Position numbers and translations under genes: made by a program | Virus record (IMG/VR): IMGVR_UViG_3300002835_000007 | Location: 141,932 to 205,931 of that record | Length of the DNA stretch: 64,000 nt | Reading direction: 5' to 3' (one strand) | Shown here: positions 37,801 to 47,444 of the stretch, piece by piece | Numbering within the stretch: the first letter of the stretch is position 1 | Layout of the letters: every line of letters starts with the position of its first letter | Notes under the pieces: model-generated | Seen by the model: only the letters and a program-made list of their open reading frames with translations | Told to the model about the DNA's origin: nothing | Database searches by the model: none

Positions 37801-39665
37801 ATGTTGATGGTAATGATGTGACAAACTTTAGCACAATAATTGGTGGTGTTGATAACACAATTACTGGTAAAACTGCTCATTGTACAATTTTAGGAGGGTC
37901 TGGTAATACAATAAATGGTCATGCTACTTCTAATACAAATTATAATTCAGCTATAATTGGTGGTAGAAGAAATGTTATTAACCAATATGTTAGTAGAAGC
38001 GTTATTTTAGGTGGTAGTGATATTACAGCGACAACAAGTGATTATGTTTATGTACCTAATTTAATTGTTAATAGTGGCGGTACAGCATCTAAATTAGGTA
38101 TAAATACAAAAACACCAGAATATGTTATTGATGCTAGAGCTAATAATGCTAGACTTGTTTTGGCTGATATTTACACTGGTGATGATTTACCTTTTAAGAG
38201 TTTTGTTTTTTCAGCTAATAGTACCAACGTACCACAAATAGCGGCTGCTACTAATAGTTATTTAGGTGGTTTTGGGTTATCTTTACAAATGGGTGTTTTG
38301 GGTGATGATTCAATATCAACAGCCACTTCAGAATTGGTTGGACTTTCTGGTGATACATATTTAAGTTCATCACAAAAAACAAACAACTTAAACATCATTA
38401 ATAGAAGTGGTGGTAGTGGTACTAACAATATAAGAATGTATGCTGGTATAAATAGTGTTAGTGCAGCAGCAGTACCAGATTTTCAGATTCAAGGTGATGG
38501 TACAAATAGAGGTTATATTGGTATTCAAACTGGTAATCCACAATATTTGATTGATGCTAGAGGAACTGGAAATAGATTATTTTATAGTAGTACTGGTGTA
38601 GGTAATATAACTCTTTCAGCAACAACTGGTCTACCAAGTGTTGGAGTGGTTGCTGGTACAGCTAATACCGCAAATAAATTAGCTTCGATAAGTATGGGTG
38701 CTAGAGCTTGGGATGATGCTATATATACAGTATATGGTTATCAAGGTGATGCATTCATATATGCTGGTATTTTTACAAATGGGTTAAATATTATTTCAAA
38801 TGATGGTTCAACATCTGGTACTGGTGCTGATTATATTAGATTCTATGCTGGTCAAACTTCTGGTGCTGGTGCTTCTAATAACCCAGATTTACATATACAA
38901 GGTTCTGGTTCATCTAGAGGTTATGTTGCTATTAATGTACCTCACAATCAAGACCCTACACAAAGATTAGATGTTAATGGTAACGCTAGATTTAGAGGTG
39001 TTGGTTCGTCAGCTTCAGCTGGTGCATTACATTATACTTCTGATGGTACATTAACTACAAATACATCAGACGAAAGATTAAAAACAAACATTGAAACACT
39101 TACTAATGCGTTGGATAAAGTAAATCAATTAAGAGGTGTAAAATATAATTGGACTGAAGAACCGAATGGTGATGTTAGGATAGGTTTAATAGCACAAGAA
39201 GTTAATAGTATAGTTCCAGAGTTAACTTTTGTGAATAAAAACACAGAAGAAGAATATATGGGTGTGCATTATGATAATGTAGTTGCTTTATTAATCGAGG
39301 CAGTAAAAGAATTATCGTCTGGTGTTACAACATCAAATAATACTCATTTAGAAACACAAACAATATTAGCTGAAGATAATAACATTGAATTAAATTTCAA
39401 TGGAACGCAAGAAACATCATTAGGTGGTGGTTTAAGTGTATTACATGCAAAAGGTCAAGACCAATCAGCTGATTTGATAACTGATGCTAACGGTAATTTC
39501 ATCACAAACAACGATTTTAAACCTAATGCATTAACAATACCTTTATACACACCAACATCATCTAACGATACTGCTGGTAGTGAAGGTAACATAACGAGAG
39601 ATGATAACTATATGTACGTTAAAACTAGTACTGGTTGGAAAAGAACTAATTTAGAAAACTTCTAA
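34830..39665 (+). CDS. giant tail fibre/adhesin with beta-roll repeats and peptidase S74 chaperone domain
   Basis: True start MSGFRTK at 34830; 14-aa SHAEG repeats; I-x-GG-x-x-N repeats; SDERLK..LRGV..W..GLIAQEV..LIEAVKEL. Confidence 0.85.
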   Translation: MSGFRTKLDFSDNRQAKQRPITRTVLSGGTSFGLPFNLLPSGPNLTTSAITGNYTYIASTFSGNNTTTVYNWSDPRMQLGVSALSALTSSTSGLTQNTGAVWTPNTTTVIDGNTVALTYSGVNFDISVVTIAQLTPSTYSGTITTNNFDVYTASTLDYTGRTIWVDVSGITRTEKLIISDNPQVGYVWTCLDSEGMGGWVFNSSATTATIWTAGTGANSAVLGGSNGIASGSTSVSEGVNTRAGGIASHAEGGGTQALGDLSHAEGEDTIASNTAAHAEGVNTIASGVYSHAEGSNTIASNARSHAEGYLSIASGVVSHAEGESTTASGGNSHAEGHSTIASGNTSHAEGGNTVAGGGYSHAEGKDTIASGYRSHAEGNITIASGDTSHAEGSGSIAGGDSSHAEGSNTIASASQSHAEGSSTIASGSTSHAEGQNTIAGGSVSHAEGSGTIASGFASHAEGSDTIAYGTNSHAGGYSSRTDSNYSFIHSNQSVISSGGENSYILGGKENYIELSDYSGILGGRYNILGIAQPGFNANAENSFIGGGYSNIIYEATNNSTILGGRENEIHKYSNDSAIVGGRNNEISGGSISSGIFVGTGNTISNISKYAAIIAGRNNTISGHSNSVIVGGFNNFIDFCLNNYGDSSNESIIGGANNSIYVADNSFIAGGNNNLIDGRTAGIGSVSSFILGGVNCSAFTSVRSGIIGGLNNSIKPSYCSYVSSSIIIGGEENEYNPSTSLISGSGARVTIIGGYQNKVTGEGVSDVSIFGGYKNLYTSHVGNGGNANTIVGGSGNTMNSRSTYFGQDISYASILGGAGNNISSDVSVASVLQLSSYSNITGGFENTITGSSNSFIGGGTGNVIKDAANDSVILGGKLNSIERGFANYATTISSAIIAGSGNTINGHFYSAILAGMGNTIHFDLAGTEGKSNETILGGAFNTISASTSSSIVGGTYNEIQNYTSSIILGGLRNRLLDFSTDTIYNSGTGGDNVDGNDVTNFSTIIGGVDNTITGKTAHCTILGGSGNTINGHATSNTNYNSAIIGGRRNVINQYVSRSVILGGSDITATTSDYVYVPNLIVNSGGTASKLGINTKTPEYVIDARANNARLVLADIYTGDDLPFKSFVFSANSTNVPQIAAATNSYLGGFGLSLQMGVLGDDSISTATSELVGLSGDTYLSSSQKTNNLNIINRSGGSGTNNIRMYAGINSVSAAAVPDFQIQGDGTNRGYIGIQTGNPQYLIDARGTGNRLFYSSTGVGNITLSATTGLPSVGVVAGTANTANKLASISMGARAWDDAIYTVYGYQGDAFIYAGIFTNGLNIISNDGSTSGTGADYIRFYAGQTSGAGASNNPDLHIQGSGSSRGYVAINVPHNQDPTQRLDVNGNARFRGVGSSASAGALHYTSDGTLTTNTSDERLKTNIETLTNALDKVNQLRGVKYNWTEEPNGDVRIGLIAQEVNSIVPELTFVNKNTEEEYMGVHYDNVVALLIEAVKELSSGVTTSNNTHLETQTILAEDNNIELNFNGTQETSLGGGLSVLHAKGQDQSADLITDANGNFITNNDFKPNALTIPLYTPTSSNDTAGSEGNITRDDNYMYVKTSTGWKRTNLENF
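35535..36257 (+). repeat. 42-nt-period coding repeat (SHAEGxxTIASGxx, 16 HAEG copies plus 2 variants)
   Basis: Counted in the translation; in frame, with synonymous variation. Confidence 0.9.
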
Positions 39666-41560
39666 TGGGAAATATTAAAAACTTCAATTTTAACAAATTA
39701 GATTTAAAATTATCAAATTCTGATTACTGGGATTTTATAATAACATCTGATGATTATAACGCTTGTGGTGCTGGTGGTGGAGGTGGTGCTGGTTGTGGAG
39801 CAGCAGTTAACTTTAATTTTGGTAAAATAGAAACATTTAAAAATAGTGCACATACTTCAACAACAATAATTAGTTTATCTACTTGGTCTGGTGCTATAAA
39901 TACTGGTTATACATTTGATACTTTTGGTTTAACTGGTATTGATAATGGGTATGTGACTTTTGAAAGGAACACTGGTGATACTACAAATCAAACACTAGTT
40001 GAAGCTTTGACTGGAAGTACTTTAATTTTGGAAAAAGACAACAAAAAAATGTTTATGAATAAAGTTACTGGTACTACTGAAGAATACGATTATACAACAT
40101 ATGCTGTTACTGGTGTTACTAACCCTTTTGTTCAATTTTGTGGTGGGTTTTATCAAGGTTTTTATAAAATAGATGGATATGATTACGAAGTTTTACCAGT
40201 AAGAATGAATATAGGATGGTCATCTGAATTCGTATTGAATCCAAATTTTCAAGAATATCCAGGTGAGTGTCATAATTCTAATTCCAAAATATTAAATCAA
40301 GATTTCCCAAATAATAAAGGATTTTTCTTCTATATGGGTACTAGAGCTGAAAATAAATTTTGGAATGTATGGGAAGGTGCTGATACTGGATGTACTAGCA
40401 CATGTGTAGTACCTACTGGTTGTACTGATACATTAAGTCCATGGTGTACACCTATAAAAGAAACTGATGTTAGAATTATAGGAGATTACGGTATTGCAAT
40501 ACCATTGTCGCCACCGCCAGTACAGATAGATTTAATCACAAATCAATTTTTAATTTATGGTAGGTCAACGTGTAAACCACATGAAAGATTATCTGGTGAT
40601 TCAGCATCTTTTTTAATTGATGAGTTTGGAGAATATATTGTTACTGAAAAAGATGAAAAAATTATTGTTTCGGAATCAACTAGATTTTTAATATTAAATA
40701 ATGATTCAACTGAAATAAGTTCGTCTTGTGGTAGATGTGGTTGTAACCCATGTTCTAGTGGTTGCGATGGGTTAGGAACTCAAACCGCATGTTCGTATGA
40801 CGGAAAAGGTATTGTTGTTGTTAAAAACACAAAAAGAGTAACCAATACTCAAAACCCATTTTTAATTTATGGTAGAGCTGCTAGTAATAAATGTAATTGT
40901 TATTCGTGCAGCGGTGAAAGTGATGGGTTAGGAAGAGACACTGTTTGTACTTTTAGCGGTTTTACATCTGATATTACGGAATTAAATAATCAAATAGACG
41001 TTATTGATAATGCTATAGGTTTTAGAGTAAAAGATGATGGTAGTATTGGTTATAGATTATTAACTTATACTGGTCAATGTGTTACCGCTAGTACTGGTGT
41101 CGTATCTTATGTTACTGGTGCCACAATTGAAGAGGGTTATTCAGCACCAAATACTGTCCCAGAAGACATGTGGACACATGTGGTAATTAAATATGAATCA
41201 CAAGATTATTTAGATGATTGTGACTTAAAAATAGCAAAACCAAGAAAGGGTAGATTATCTTTTTATATTAACAGTAAATTAATTTATTGGGTAGATGAAT
41301 TTGATGAATTTATCGCTAAAAGACTAAACGAATATAAAGATAAACAAGTAGGTGTTCCGTTTAATTTTAGTTTAGGTGGTGGGTCTCAAGGGTTATTAGA
41401 GAGTCAAACTTTTGATGGGTTAGATTTTAACGATAGAGGGTTATTAATTGAAGAAAATTTTGCTGGAACATTCATTGGTAAAATATCTAAATTTAAATTC
41501 TATGTTTGTCCATTAAGCTATGAAGGTATAGTTGAAAAATATGGTGACATGTGGAATTAA
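39665..41560 (+). CDS. Cys-rich putative virion protein with LamG-like C-terminal part
   Basis: 631 aa, about 22 Cys; WTHVVIKY..LSFYIN; TAATG overlap with the fibre gene. Confidence 0.55.
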   Translation: MGNIKNFNFNKLDLKLSNSDYWDFIITSDDYNACGAGGGGGAGCGAAVNFNFGKIETFKNSAHTSTTIISLSTWSGAINTGYTFDTFGLTGIDNGYVTFERNTGDTTNQTLVEALTGSTLILEKDNKKMFMNKVTGTTEEYDYTTYAVTGVTNPFVQFCGGFYQGFYKIDGYDYEVLPVRMNIGWSSEFVLNPNFQEYPGECHNSNSKILNQDFPNNKGFFFYMGTRAENKFWNVWEGADTGCTSTCVVPTGCTDTLSPWCTPIKETDVRIIGDYGIAIPLSPPPVQIDLITNQFLIYGRSTCKPHERLSGDSASFLIDEFGEYIVTEKDEKIIVSESTRFLILNNDSTEISSSCGRCGCNPCSSGCDGLGTQTACSYDGKGIVVVKNTKRVTNTQNPFLIYGRAASNKCNCYSCSGESDGLGRDTVCTFSGFTSDITELNNQIDVIDNAIGFRVKDDGSIGYRLLTYTGQCVTASTGVVSYVTGATIEEGYSAPNTVPEDMWTHVVIKYESQDYLDDCDLKIAKPRKGRLSFYINSKLIYWVDEFDEFIAKRLNEYKDKQVGVPFNFSLGGGSQGLLESQTFDGLDFNDRGLLIEENFAGTFIGKISKFKFYVCPLSYEGIVEKYGDMWN

Positions 41561-41624
41561 TTAATTAATAATTGAATATGCTATACAAAGTAAAATTTTA
41601 TCATATTTATTAAAAAACGTAAAA

Positions 41625-42941
41625 ATGTTAAATAAAAAAATAAATCAATTTTCTGCGGATACAGCTATTCAAGGTACTGAATTAATCCTAATAATGGATT
41701 CTGGGACAACCAAAAATATGGTTGTTGATGACTTAAAAGAGTATGTGTTAAGTGGTGCGACAGATGTGTTCGTAACTGGTGGTACTTATTCTAATAGTAC
41801 CATTACATTTAGTAACAATACTGGTGGAACATTTAGTGTTTCTGGTATTAGCAGTAGTTCAAATATTTCTGATTCAATTTATACTGTTAATGATAATTTA
41901 AATGCCAATAATACAACAACCGCAACTACATCTGTTATGGTTTATGGTGTTAATGTGTTTACTGGTGTAACATCAACTAATTATGCAACTAAATTGCCGC
42001 AACCAGTTACTGGAAAAAGTGTAAAAGTAATTAATAATGGTTCTACATTATTACATATATTTCCTTCTAATATTGGTGGTCAAGTAAATAATTTACCAAT
42101 AAACACACCAGCGGTTATACCACCAGATGGTAATTTATATGAATTCATTTGTATTAAGAATCCATTACCAGGTGCGTGGACGTTTTCAACACCAGCAACT
42201 GGTCAATATGATAGTGGTGAAATAACAATTTCAATTAGTGCATTAACTAAAAGTGGGTCCAATCCAGTGATAACTGCATATAATTCTAATTATGTTGGGG
42301 CTGGTCCTAATTTTAATAGTACTAATTGGGGTTACGATGGTAAAAATAAATCAGCTATTTTAAGTAGTTATTATAATGGTGATTATTATTTAGCATTCAG
42401 ACCAGAAACACCATGGAAAGGTATTAGTAAGATTAAAATTTATACTAATTTAATTGATAGTAATAGAACAAGAAGTACTTTAGCTAGGGTAGCGGCTGGT
42501 GGTGAATCTGATTATTATTCACCATATGATGGTTCTATATTAAATACTAGACTTGGTGCGGCTAATGGTGAATTACTTAGAGTGTATACGAATAAAGTTA
42601 TATCTGGTGTTGCCGTATCTGCCAGTACAATATACACATCAGCAAATATCGGGGACGCTGGGACATTATGGGGTGAAAAAGTAGCTAATACTGATTCATA
42701 TTCAAATGTTAGTTTAGGTACTGAAGGTGGTACATTTATAGGGAATAAACCATTAAACTCTACAGCTTATCCTTATTATCAAACTTGGGATATTTCTGAT
42801 AATGAAATAAACACTGGTGATATTGTTGATGTATTTTATTCGTCTTATATTTCATTTCAAATACAACCATTTGCTTACGACTTTAATTATGGTACAATAC
42901 CAGATTTTAAATTCAGATTTATAATCGAATACTACCAATAA
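41625..42941 (+). CDS. putative virion fibre/decoration protein
   Basis: KKINQF..D N-terminus; VTGGTY shaft module; late motif at 41603. Confidence 0.6.
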   Translation: MLNKKINQFSADTAIQGTELILIMDSGTTKNMVVDDLKEYVLSGATDVFVTGGTYSNSTITFSNNTGGTFSVSGISSSSNISDSIYTVNDNLNANNTTTATTSVMVYGVNVFTGVTSTNYATKLPQPVTGKSVKVINNGSTLLHIFPSNIGGQVNNLPINTPAVIPPDGNLYEFICIKNPLPGAWTFSTPATGQYDSGEITISISALTKSGSNPVITAYNSNYVGAGPNFNSTNWGYDGKNKSAILSSYYNGDYYLAFRPETPWKGISKIKIYTNLIDSNRTRSTLARVAAGGESDYYSPYDGSILNTRLGAANGELLRVYTNKVISGVAVSASTIYTSANIGDAGTLWGEKVANTDSYSNVSLGTEGGTFIGNKPLNSTAYPYYQTWDISDNEINTGDIVDVFYSSYISFQIQPFAYDFNYGTIPDFKFRFIIEYYQ

Positions 42942-42977
42942 ACAATAAGTTTAAATATTTATATAAAAACTAATAAA

Positions 42978-45900
42978 ATGATAATTCTAAGAATATTAAA
43001 TAGCCCTTATGCTAACGATTTAACCAGAAATGCTACATTGTCACATCAAGATGTTGATAGTAACTTTATATACCTAAAAGGTCATATAATTTATGAAGCT
43101 GAAAATAGTGGAGGATTAGTTACATTAAAAAAATATAACGGAGAAACTATTACTTTTAGTGCTTCAACTGGTGGTTCTGGTGGCTCTGGTGGTTCTGATT
43201 CATATTGGACATCTGGTTCAACTGGTGTTGGTTCAATAAAAGCTATTAACACTACTGGGTTAGACGCAACTGGAACTAATGCTGTAGCAATAAATCATGC
43301 AACATTGGCTAGTGGACAATTTTCTTTAGCTACTGGTGTTGACACTATTGCTAGTGGTGCCTCTTCTTCTACATTTGGTGTTGAGACTATTGCTGGAGGT
43401 GTTGCTTCACATGCAGAGGGTTTTCAAACAAGAGCATTTGGTTATGCGTCACATTCAGAAGGAAACGATACAATAGCAAGAGGTGATTATTCACATGCTG
43501 AAGGTTGGTCGTCTATGGCAACTGGTGCTACATCACATGCAGAAGGTGAATTAACTAAAGCATATGGTTCAGCGTCACATGCTGAAGGTGGTAGTACTAT
43601 TGCGAGTGGTATCGCTTCACATGCTGAAGGTAACGGAACAATTGCAAGTGGTGATATGTCACATGCTGAAGGTACTGGTACATTAGCAAGTGGTGATAGT
43701 TCACATGCTGGTGGTGAAGGTGTGGGTTCTAATTATGTTGTAGCTGATGGTATTTCTTCATTCGCCCATCAATTTGTAAGTGGTAATGGACAATTTGGAA
43801 CTGGCAATTATGGTACATATGCTAATTATTCAGCTATTTTAGGTGGTAAAGACCATTATATGTATTCTGGTTCTACTAGTGGTGTTATAATGGGTGGTAA
43901 TGGTCATATATTATTTGGTATAAGTATTAACTCTGGTATTTTTGGTGGTGATGCTAATTTATTGATTGATACGTTTAACGGTGTTGCTTTGGGTGGTACT
44001 GAAAATGGTACAATACAAGCGGACAGTTCAGCTGTTATTGGTGGTTATAATAACCTTATCGATGCATTTGCATATTATGGTCCAGCATATGGATTTATTG
44101 CTGGTGGTTCAAATAACAAAATACAAACTGGTGGTGGTGTTTCTGATGAATCAAGTGCTATTATTGGAGGTAATGGAAACACTATCATAGGTGATAATCA
44201 ATATAACGGTATATATAACTCTTTTGACTCTACACTTACAAATCAAGATACATCAACAATTATTGGTTCATATGAATCTTATATAAATGATAATACTGGT
44301 GGTTTAGAATCAAATAACAATGCTATTATAAACGCTTCAAATTCATATATTAATGGTTATGGTATATCACATGCAAACATTTTAGGTGGTGCAAATAATA
44401 GTATTTATCAAGCTGTTGATGGAGTAAATCAACCTAATTATACATCAATACTTAATGGTTACGGTAACCAAATTTTAGATAGTGATACAGCTGTTATTTT
44501 TAATGGATTTACAAACTCTATTAGTGGTAATAGTAAACAATCAACAATATTAAATGGACAATTTCACTCAATAACTTCATCTAAATTTGCAGCTATTATT
44601 GGTGGTAATTCAAACGAAATGGCTGATAGTGATGGTTCTGCTCTTATTGGTGGTTCTGATAACAGTATTTTATCTGATAGCAATCCAGCATTTACGAGAT
44701 ATTACAACGCTATTATTGGTGGTACTGGTAACACTATTAATAATTCTGAATTATCATTTATCTTAGGTGGTTATAAAAATGTTATCCCATACGGTAAAAT
44801 AGGCGTTGTTATTTTAGGTGGTGAAAATATAACTGGTTCAACAAACAATACAGTTTATGTTCAAAGATTAAATATTAAAAATGCTGCTAATGACAATACT
44901 ACAACTAGATTTTTAACATTAGATGCTAATAATAACATTGCTTATAGGAATTTAAGTAGTATTAGTGGTTCTAGTAGTGGTTCAACTGGTGGTGATACAT
45001 TATGGGCTTCTGGTACGACTGGTATTGGTTCAATAAAGGCTATTAATAGTACTGGGTTAGATGCAAATGGTGATTATGCTGTTGCGATAAACAATTCAAC
45101 AATGGCTGATGGTGATAATTCATTTGCTGCTGGTTATTCAACGTGGGCTAGAGGTATTTCTTCAATGTCGGTTGGACAAAATACTGAATCGTTTGGTGAT
45201 TATTCATTTGCTGGTGGTCATAACACAATTGCTACTGGTAATTTATCTTTTATATGGTCTACAGAATCTACCGTTACTGGTATTAGAAGTGCGGTTATTG
45301 GTGGTTCTTATATAAATGGGTTAAGTGCTGATACGGTTTATGTACCATATTTAAATGTCCAGTCTGCAACAACTGATAATTCAATAACTACAATGTTAGT
45401 TAGAAATGGTGATGGTTTTGTTAGAACTAGACAGATACCTCTAGATGTTTTTGTGACTGGTGGTACTTATAATGCTGGTGCAGCTACGTTTAGAAATAAC
45501 ACTGGTGGTACATTTAGTGTAACTGGTTTTAAAACAAGTGATACGTTTGTAACTGGAGGTACATATAGTAATTTTACTGGAACAGCTATATTTACTAATA
45601 ATAGTGGTAGTACATTTAATGTAACTGGATTCAGTACTGGTTCAACATCTGTGACTGGGTTTACATATTTAAATAATAATTTAACTGTTAAACAATCTAG
45701 TGGTGATTTATCTGTTAATATCAATACAATGACTGGTTTAACAATAAATGGTAATTTAACTTATACTGGTCAAGCAAATAACCCAGTTTATACTGCTGGT
45801 ACTGTAACTGCTACACATACACCAAACTGGAATAATAGCAACATACAACATGTTATATTATCAGCTGCAACGACAACAATTGCAAATGGTACTAACGTTA

Positions 45901-46094
45901 AGAATGGTGCGGTTTATACTATGATTGTTAAACAAAATGCGACTGGTTCTAGAGTGGTAACTTGGGGTTCTCAGTACAAATGGCAATCTGGTATTGCACC
46001 AATATTAACATCAATATCAAATGCTGTTGATATATTTACATTTATAAGTGACGGTACAGACTTGTATGGTCTAATAGCAAAAGATTTTAGATAA
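42978..46094 (+). CDS. second tail fibre/adhesin with SHAEG and GGxxN repeats
   Basis: L(S/T)H..VDSNF N-terminus; 7 HAEG/HSEG repeats; C-terminal phage-fibre domain IVKQ..TGSR.VTW..YKW..P..T..AVDIF. Confidence 0.8.
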   Translation: MIILRILNSPYANDLTRNATLSHQDVDSNFIYLKGHIIYEAENSGGLVTLKKYNGETITFSASTGGSGGSGGSDSYWTSGSTGVGSIKAINTTGLDATGTNAVAINHATLASGQFSLATGVDTIASGASSSTFGVETIAGGVASHAEGFQTRAFGYASHSEGNDTIARGDYSHAEGWSSMATGATSHAEGELTKAYGSASHAEGGSTIASGIASHAEGNGTIASGDMSHAEGTGTLASGDSSHAGGEGVGSNYVVADGISSFAHQFVSGNGQFGTGNYGTYANYSAILGGKDHYMYSGSTSGVIMGGNGHILFGISINSGIFGGDANLLIDTFNGVALGGTENGTIQADSSAVIGGYNNLIDAFAYYGPAYGFIAGGSNNKIQTGGGVSDESSAIIGGNGNTIIGDNQYNGIYNSFDSTLTNQDTSTIIGSYESYINDNTGGLESNNNAIINASNSYINGYGISHANILGGANNSIYQAVDGVNQPNYTSILNGYGNQILDSDTAVIFNGFTNSISGNSKQSTILNGQFHSITSSKFAAIIGGNSNEMADSDGSALIGGSDNSILSDSNPAFTRYYNAIIGGTGNTINNSELSFILGGYKNVIPYGKIGVVILGGENITGSTNNTVYVQRLNIKNAANDNTTTRFLTLDANNNIAYRNLSSISGSSSGSTGGDTLWASGTTGIGSIKAINSTGLDANGDYAVAINNSTMADGDNSFAAGYSTWARGISSMSVGQNTESFGDYSFAGGHNTIATGNLSFIWSTESTVTGIRSAVIGGSYINGLSADTVYVPYLNVQSATTDNSITTMLVRNGDGFVRTRQIPLDVFVTGGTYNAGAATFRNNTGGTFSVTGFKTSDTFVTGGTYSNFTGTAIFTNNSGSTFNVTGFSTGSTSVTGFTYLNNNLTVKQSSGDLSVNINTMTGLTINGNLTYTGQANNPVYTAGTVTATHTPNWNNSNIQHVILSAATTTIANGTNVKNGAVYTMIVKQNATGSRVVTWGSQYKWQSGIAPILTSISNAVDIFTFISDGTDLYGLIAKDFR
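43407..43715 (+). repeat. 42-nt-period coding repeat (SHAEG, 7 copies plus SHAGG)
   Basis: Same unit as 35535-36257. Confidence 0.85.
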
Positions 46095-46939
46095 TGTTTA
46101 ACATACCATTTAATTATAGAGAAGGATATAGTTCTGGTGACCCGATACCAGTTTTTGGGTCAGCCAAGGCTATTCTATGGGTTGATTCTTTAAAAGGTGT
46201 TTTTAATGGTTTTCCATATAGTGCAGCAACTTTAAATAATACTAATATTAGATTATGGCAAGACCAAACAATATATGGTAATAATTTAACTGCTAACACT
46301 TCGACTTCACCTACTTATTCAGCAACTACATTCTCACCTAGTGGTACGTCATCTTCATTCCCATTCATGAGATTTTCCGATATTAATTCAGAACGTTTAG
46401 AAATACCTAGAACAGCTAGTTTGCAAGCAATTAGTACTGGGTTTACATTGTTTTTTGTTATGAGAAAAAACCCATTAAGAACGTGGAGTGCTGGTAACCC
46501 TATAATTGAATACAACGCTGCTTGGTCTAGTGAAAGCGAGGGATTTGGTGTTGATGCTGATGCTGGTCCAAATTTTATGCAGTTATGGTATTATAATAAT
46601 TCATTTAATGTTACAACCGCTGAAATACCATGGGGTAGTGGTGGTGTTAATGAAGACCATTTTTATTATTATACGTTTAGAATGAGTGCTGGTACTATTA
46701 CTGCTTATGCTGGGTCAACACTTAGAGATACAATAGTTGCTGTAGGTTCTAATAAAACAATGAAGACTGTTTCAAGTAACGGTAAGTTTTCTATTGCTGG
46801 TGGTTATAATGGTACTACATTTGCTCAAGCAACTGCTTTAGATGTTGCAGAGGTTTTACTCTACGATGGTGCTGTACCTAATGCTGGTTTAACAACTGTG
46901 TGGAATTATTTTAAATCTAAATATGGATTTATCGGTTAA
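46094..46939 (+). CDS. LamG/concanavalin-A-like virion protein
   Basis: LW.D, W.DQ..GNN, FTLFFV, VAEVLLYD..L..YF..KYG. Confidence 0.75.
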   Translation: MFNIPFNYREGYSSGDPIPVFGSAKAILWVDSLKGVFNGFPYSAATLNNTNIRLWQDQTIYGNNLTANTSTSPTYSATTFSPSGTSSSFPFMRFSDINSERLEIPRTASLQAISTGFTLFFVMRKNPLRTWSAGNPIIEYNAAWSSESEGFGVDADAGPNFMQLWYYNNSFNVTTAEIPWGSGGVNEDHFYYYTFRMSAGTITAYAGSTLRDTIVAVGSNKTMKTVSSNGKFSIAGGYNGTTFAQATALDVAEVLLYDGAVPNAGLTTVWNYFKSKYGFIG

Positions 46940-46956
46940 AAAAGATATTTATAATT

Positions 46957-47331
46957 ATGGAATTCTATATTAATAAAAACGCAACATTACCAAAATTAAA
47001 ACTTGAACTAATCAAGGATGGTAGAAATGATTTTAACAAATTTCACGATAAAATCCAAAATGCTAATATAACATTTACTATGTCTGATGTTGTTACTGGT
47101 GTTAAACGTGTTGCATGTAGTAATGCGTCTATTGAACAAGTTTTACCTAAAGGTGACTGTAATTGTGATGAGTTTTATTTAGTTTATCAATTTACATCAA
47201 AACAAACGTCTATTGGTGGTAGATACATTGGTCAATTTGAAATTGAATTTTTAGATGGTAGTGGAACGCTTATTGTTCCTATCAGAGAAGAACTATTTAT
47301 AAATGTTTTAGAGGGGTCAATTAAAAAATAA
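46957..47331 (+). CDS. BppU-like Ig-fold baseplate/structural protein
   Basis: FYINKNATLP.L..EL, ITFTM, YQF..T...G.Y.GQFEI.F.DG. Confidence 0.6.
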   Translation: MEFYINKNATLPKLKLELIKDGRNDFNKFHDKIQNANITFTMSDVVTGVKRVACSNASIEQVLPKGDCNCDEFYLVYQFTSKQTSIGGRYIGQFEIEFLDGSGTLIVPIREELFINVLEGSIKK

Positions 47332-47332
47332 C

Positions 47333-47428
47333 TTGACAATCTGAAATTAATTTCGTAACTTTGTAATGTACAAAGTTAAAAAAAATGTTGTATTATTTCT
47401 TGAATTGTATTACTTTTGTTTGTATATT
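47333..47428 (+). promoter_or_regulatory. tandem host-type promoters for DNA polymerase
   Basis: TTGACA-N17-TAACTTTG (47333-47363); TTG-N20-TACTTTTG (47388-47418); TTGAAT-N17-TATATT (47400-47428). Confidence 0.7.
47356..47378. repeat. perfect 10-bp inverted repeat over the -10 element
   Basis: TAACTTTGTA-ATG-TACAAAGTTA. Confidence 0.8.
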
Positions 47429-47444
47429 AATGAAAAAATAATTT

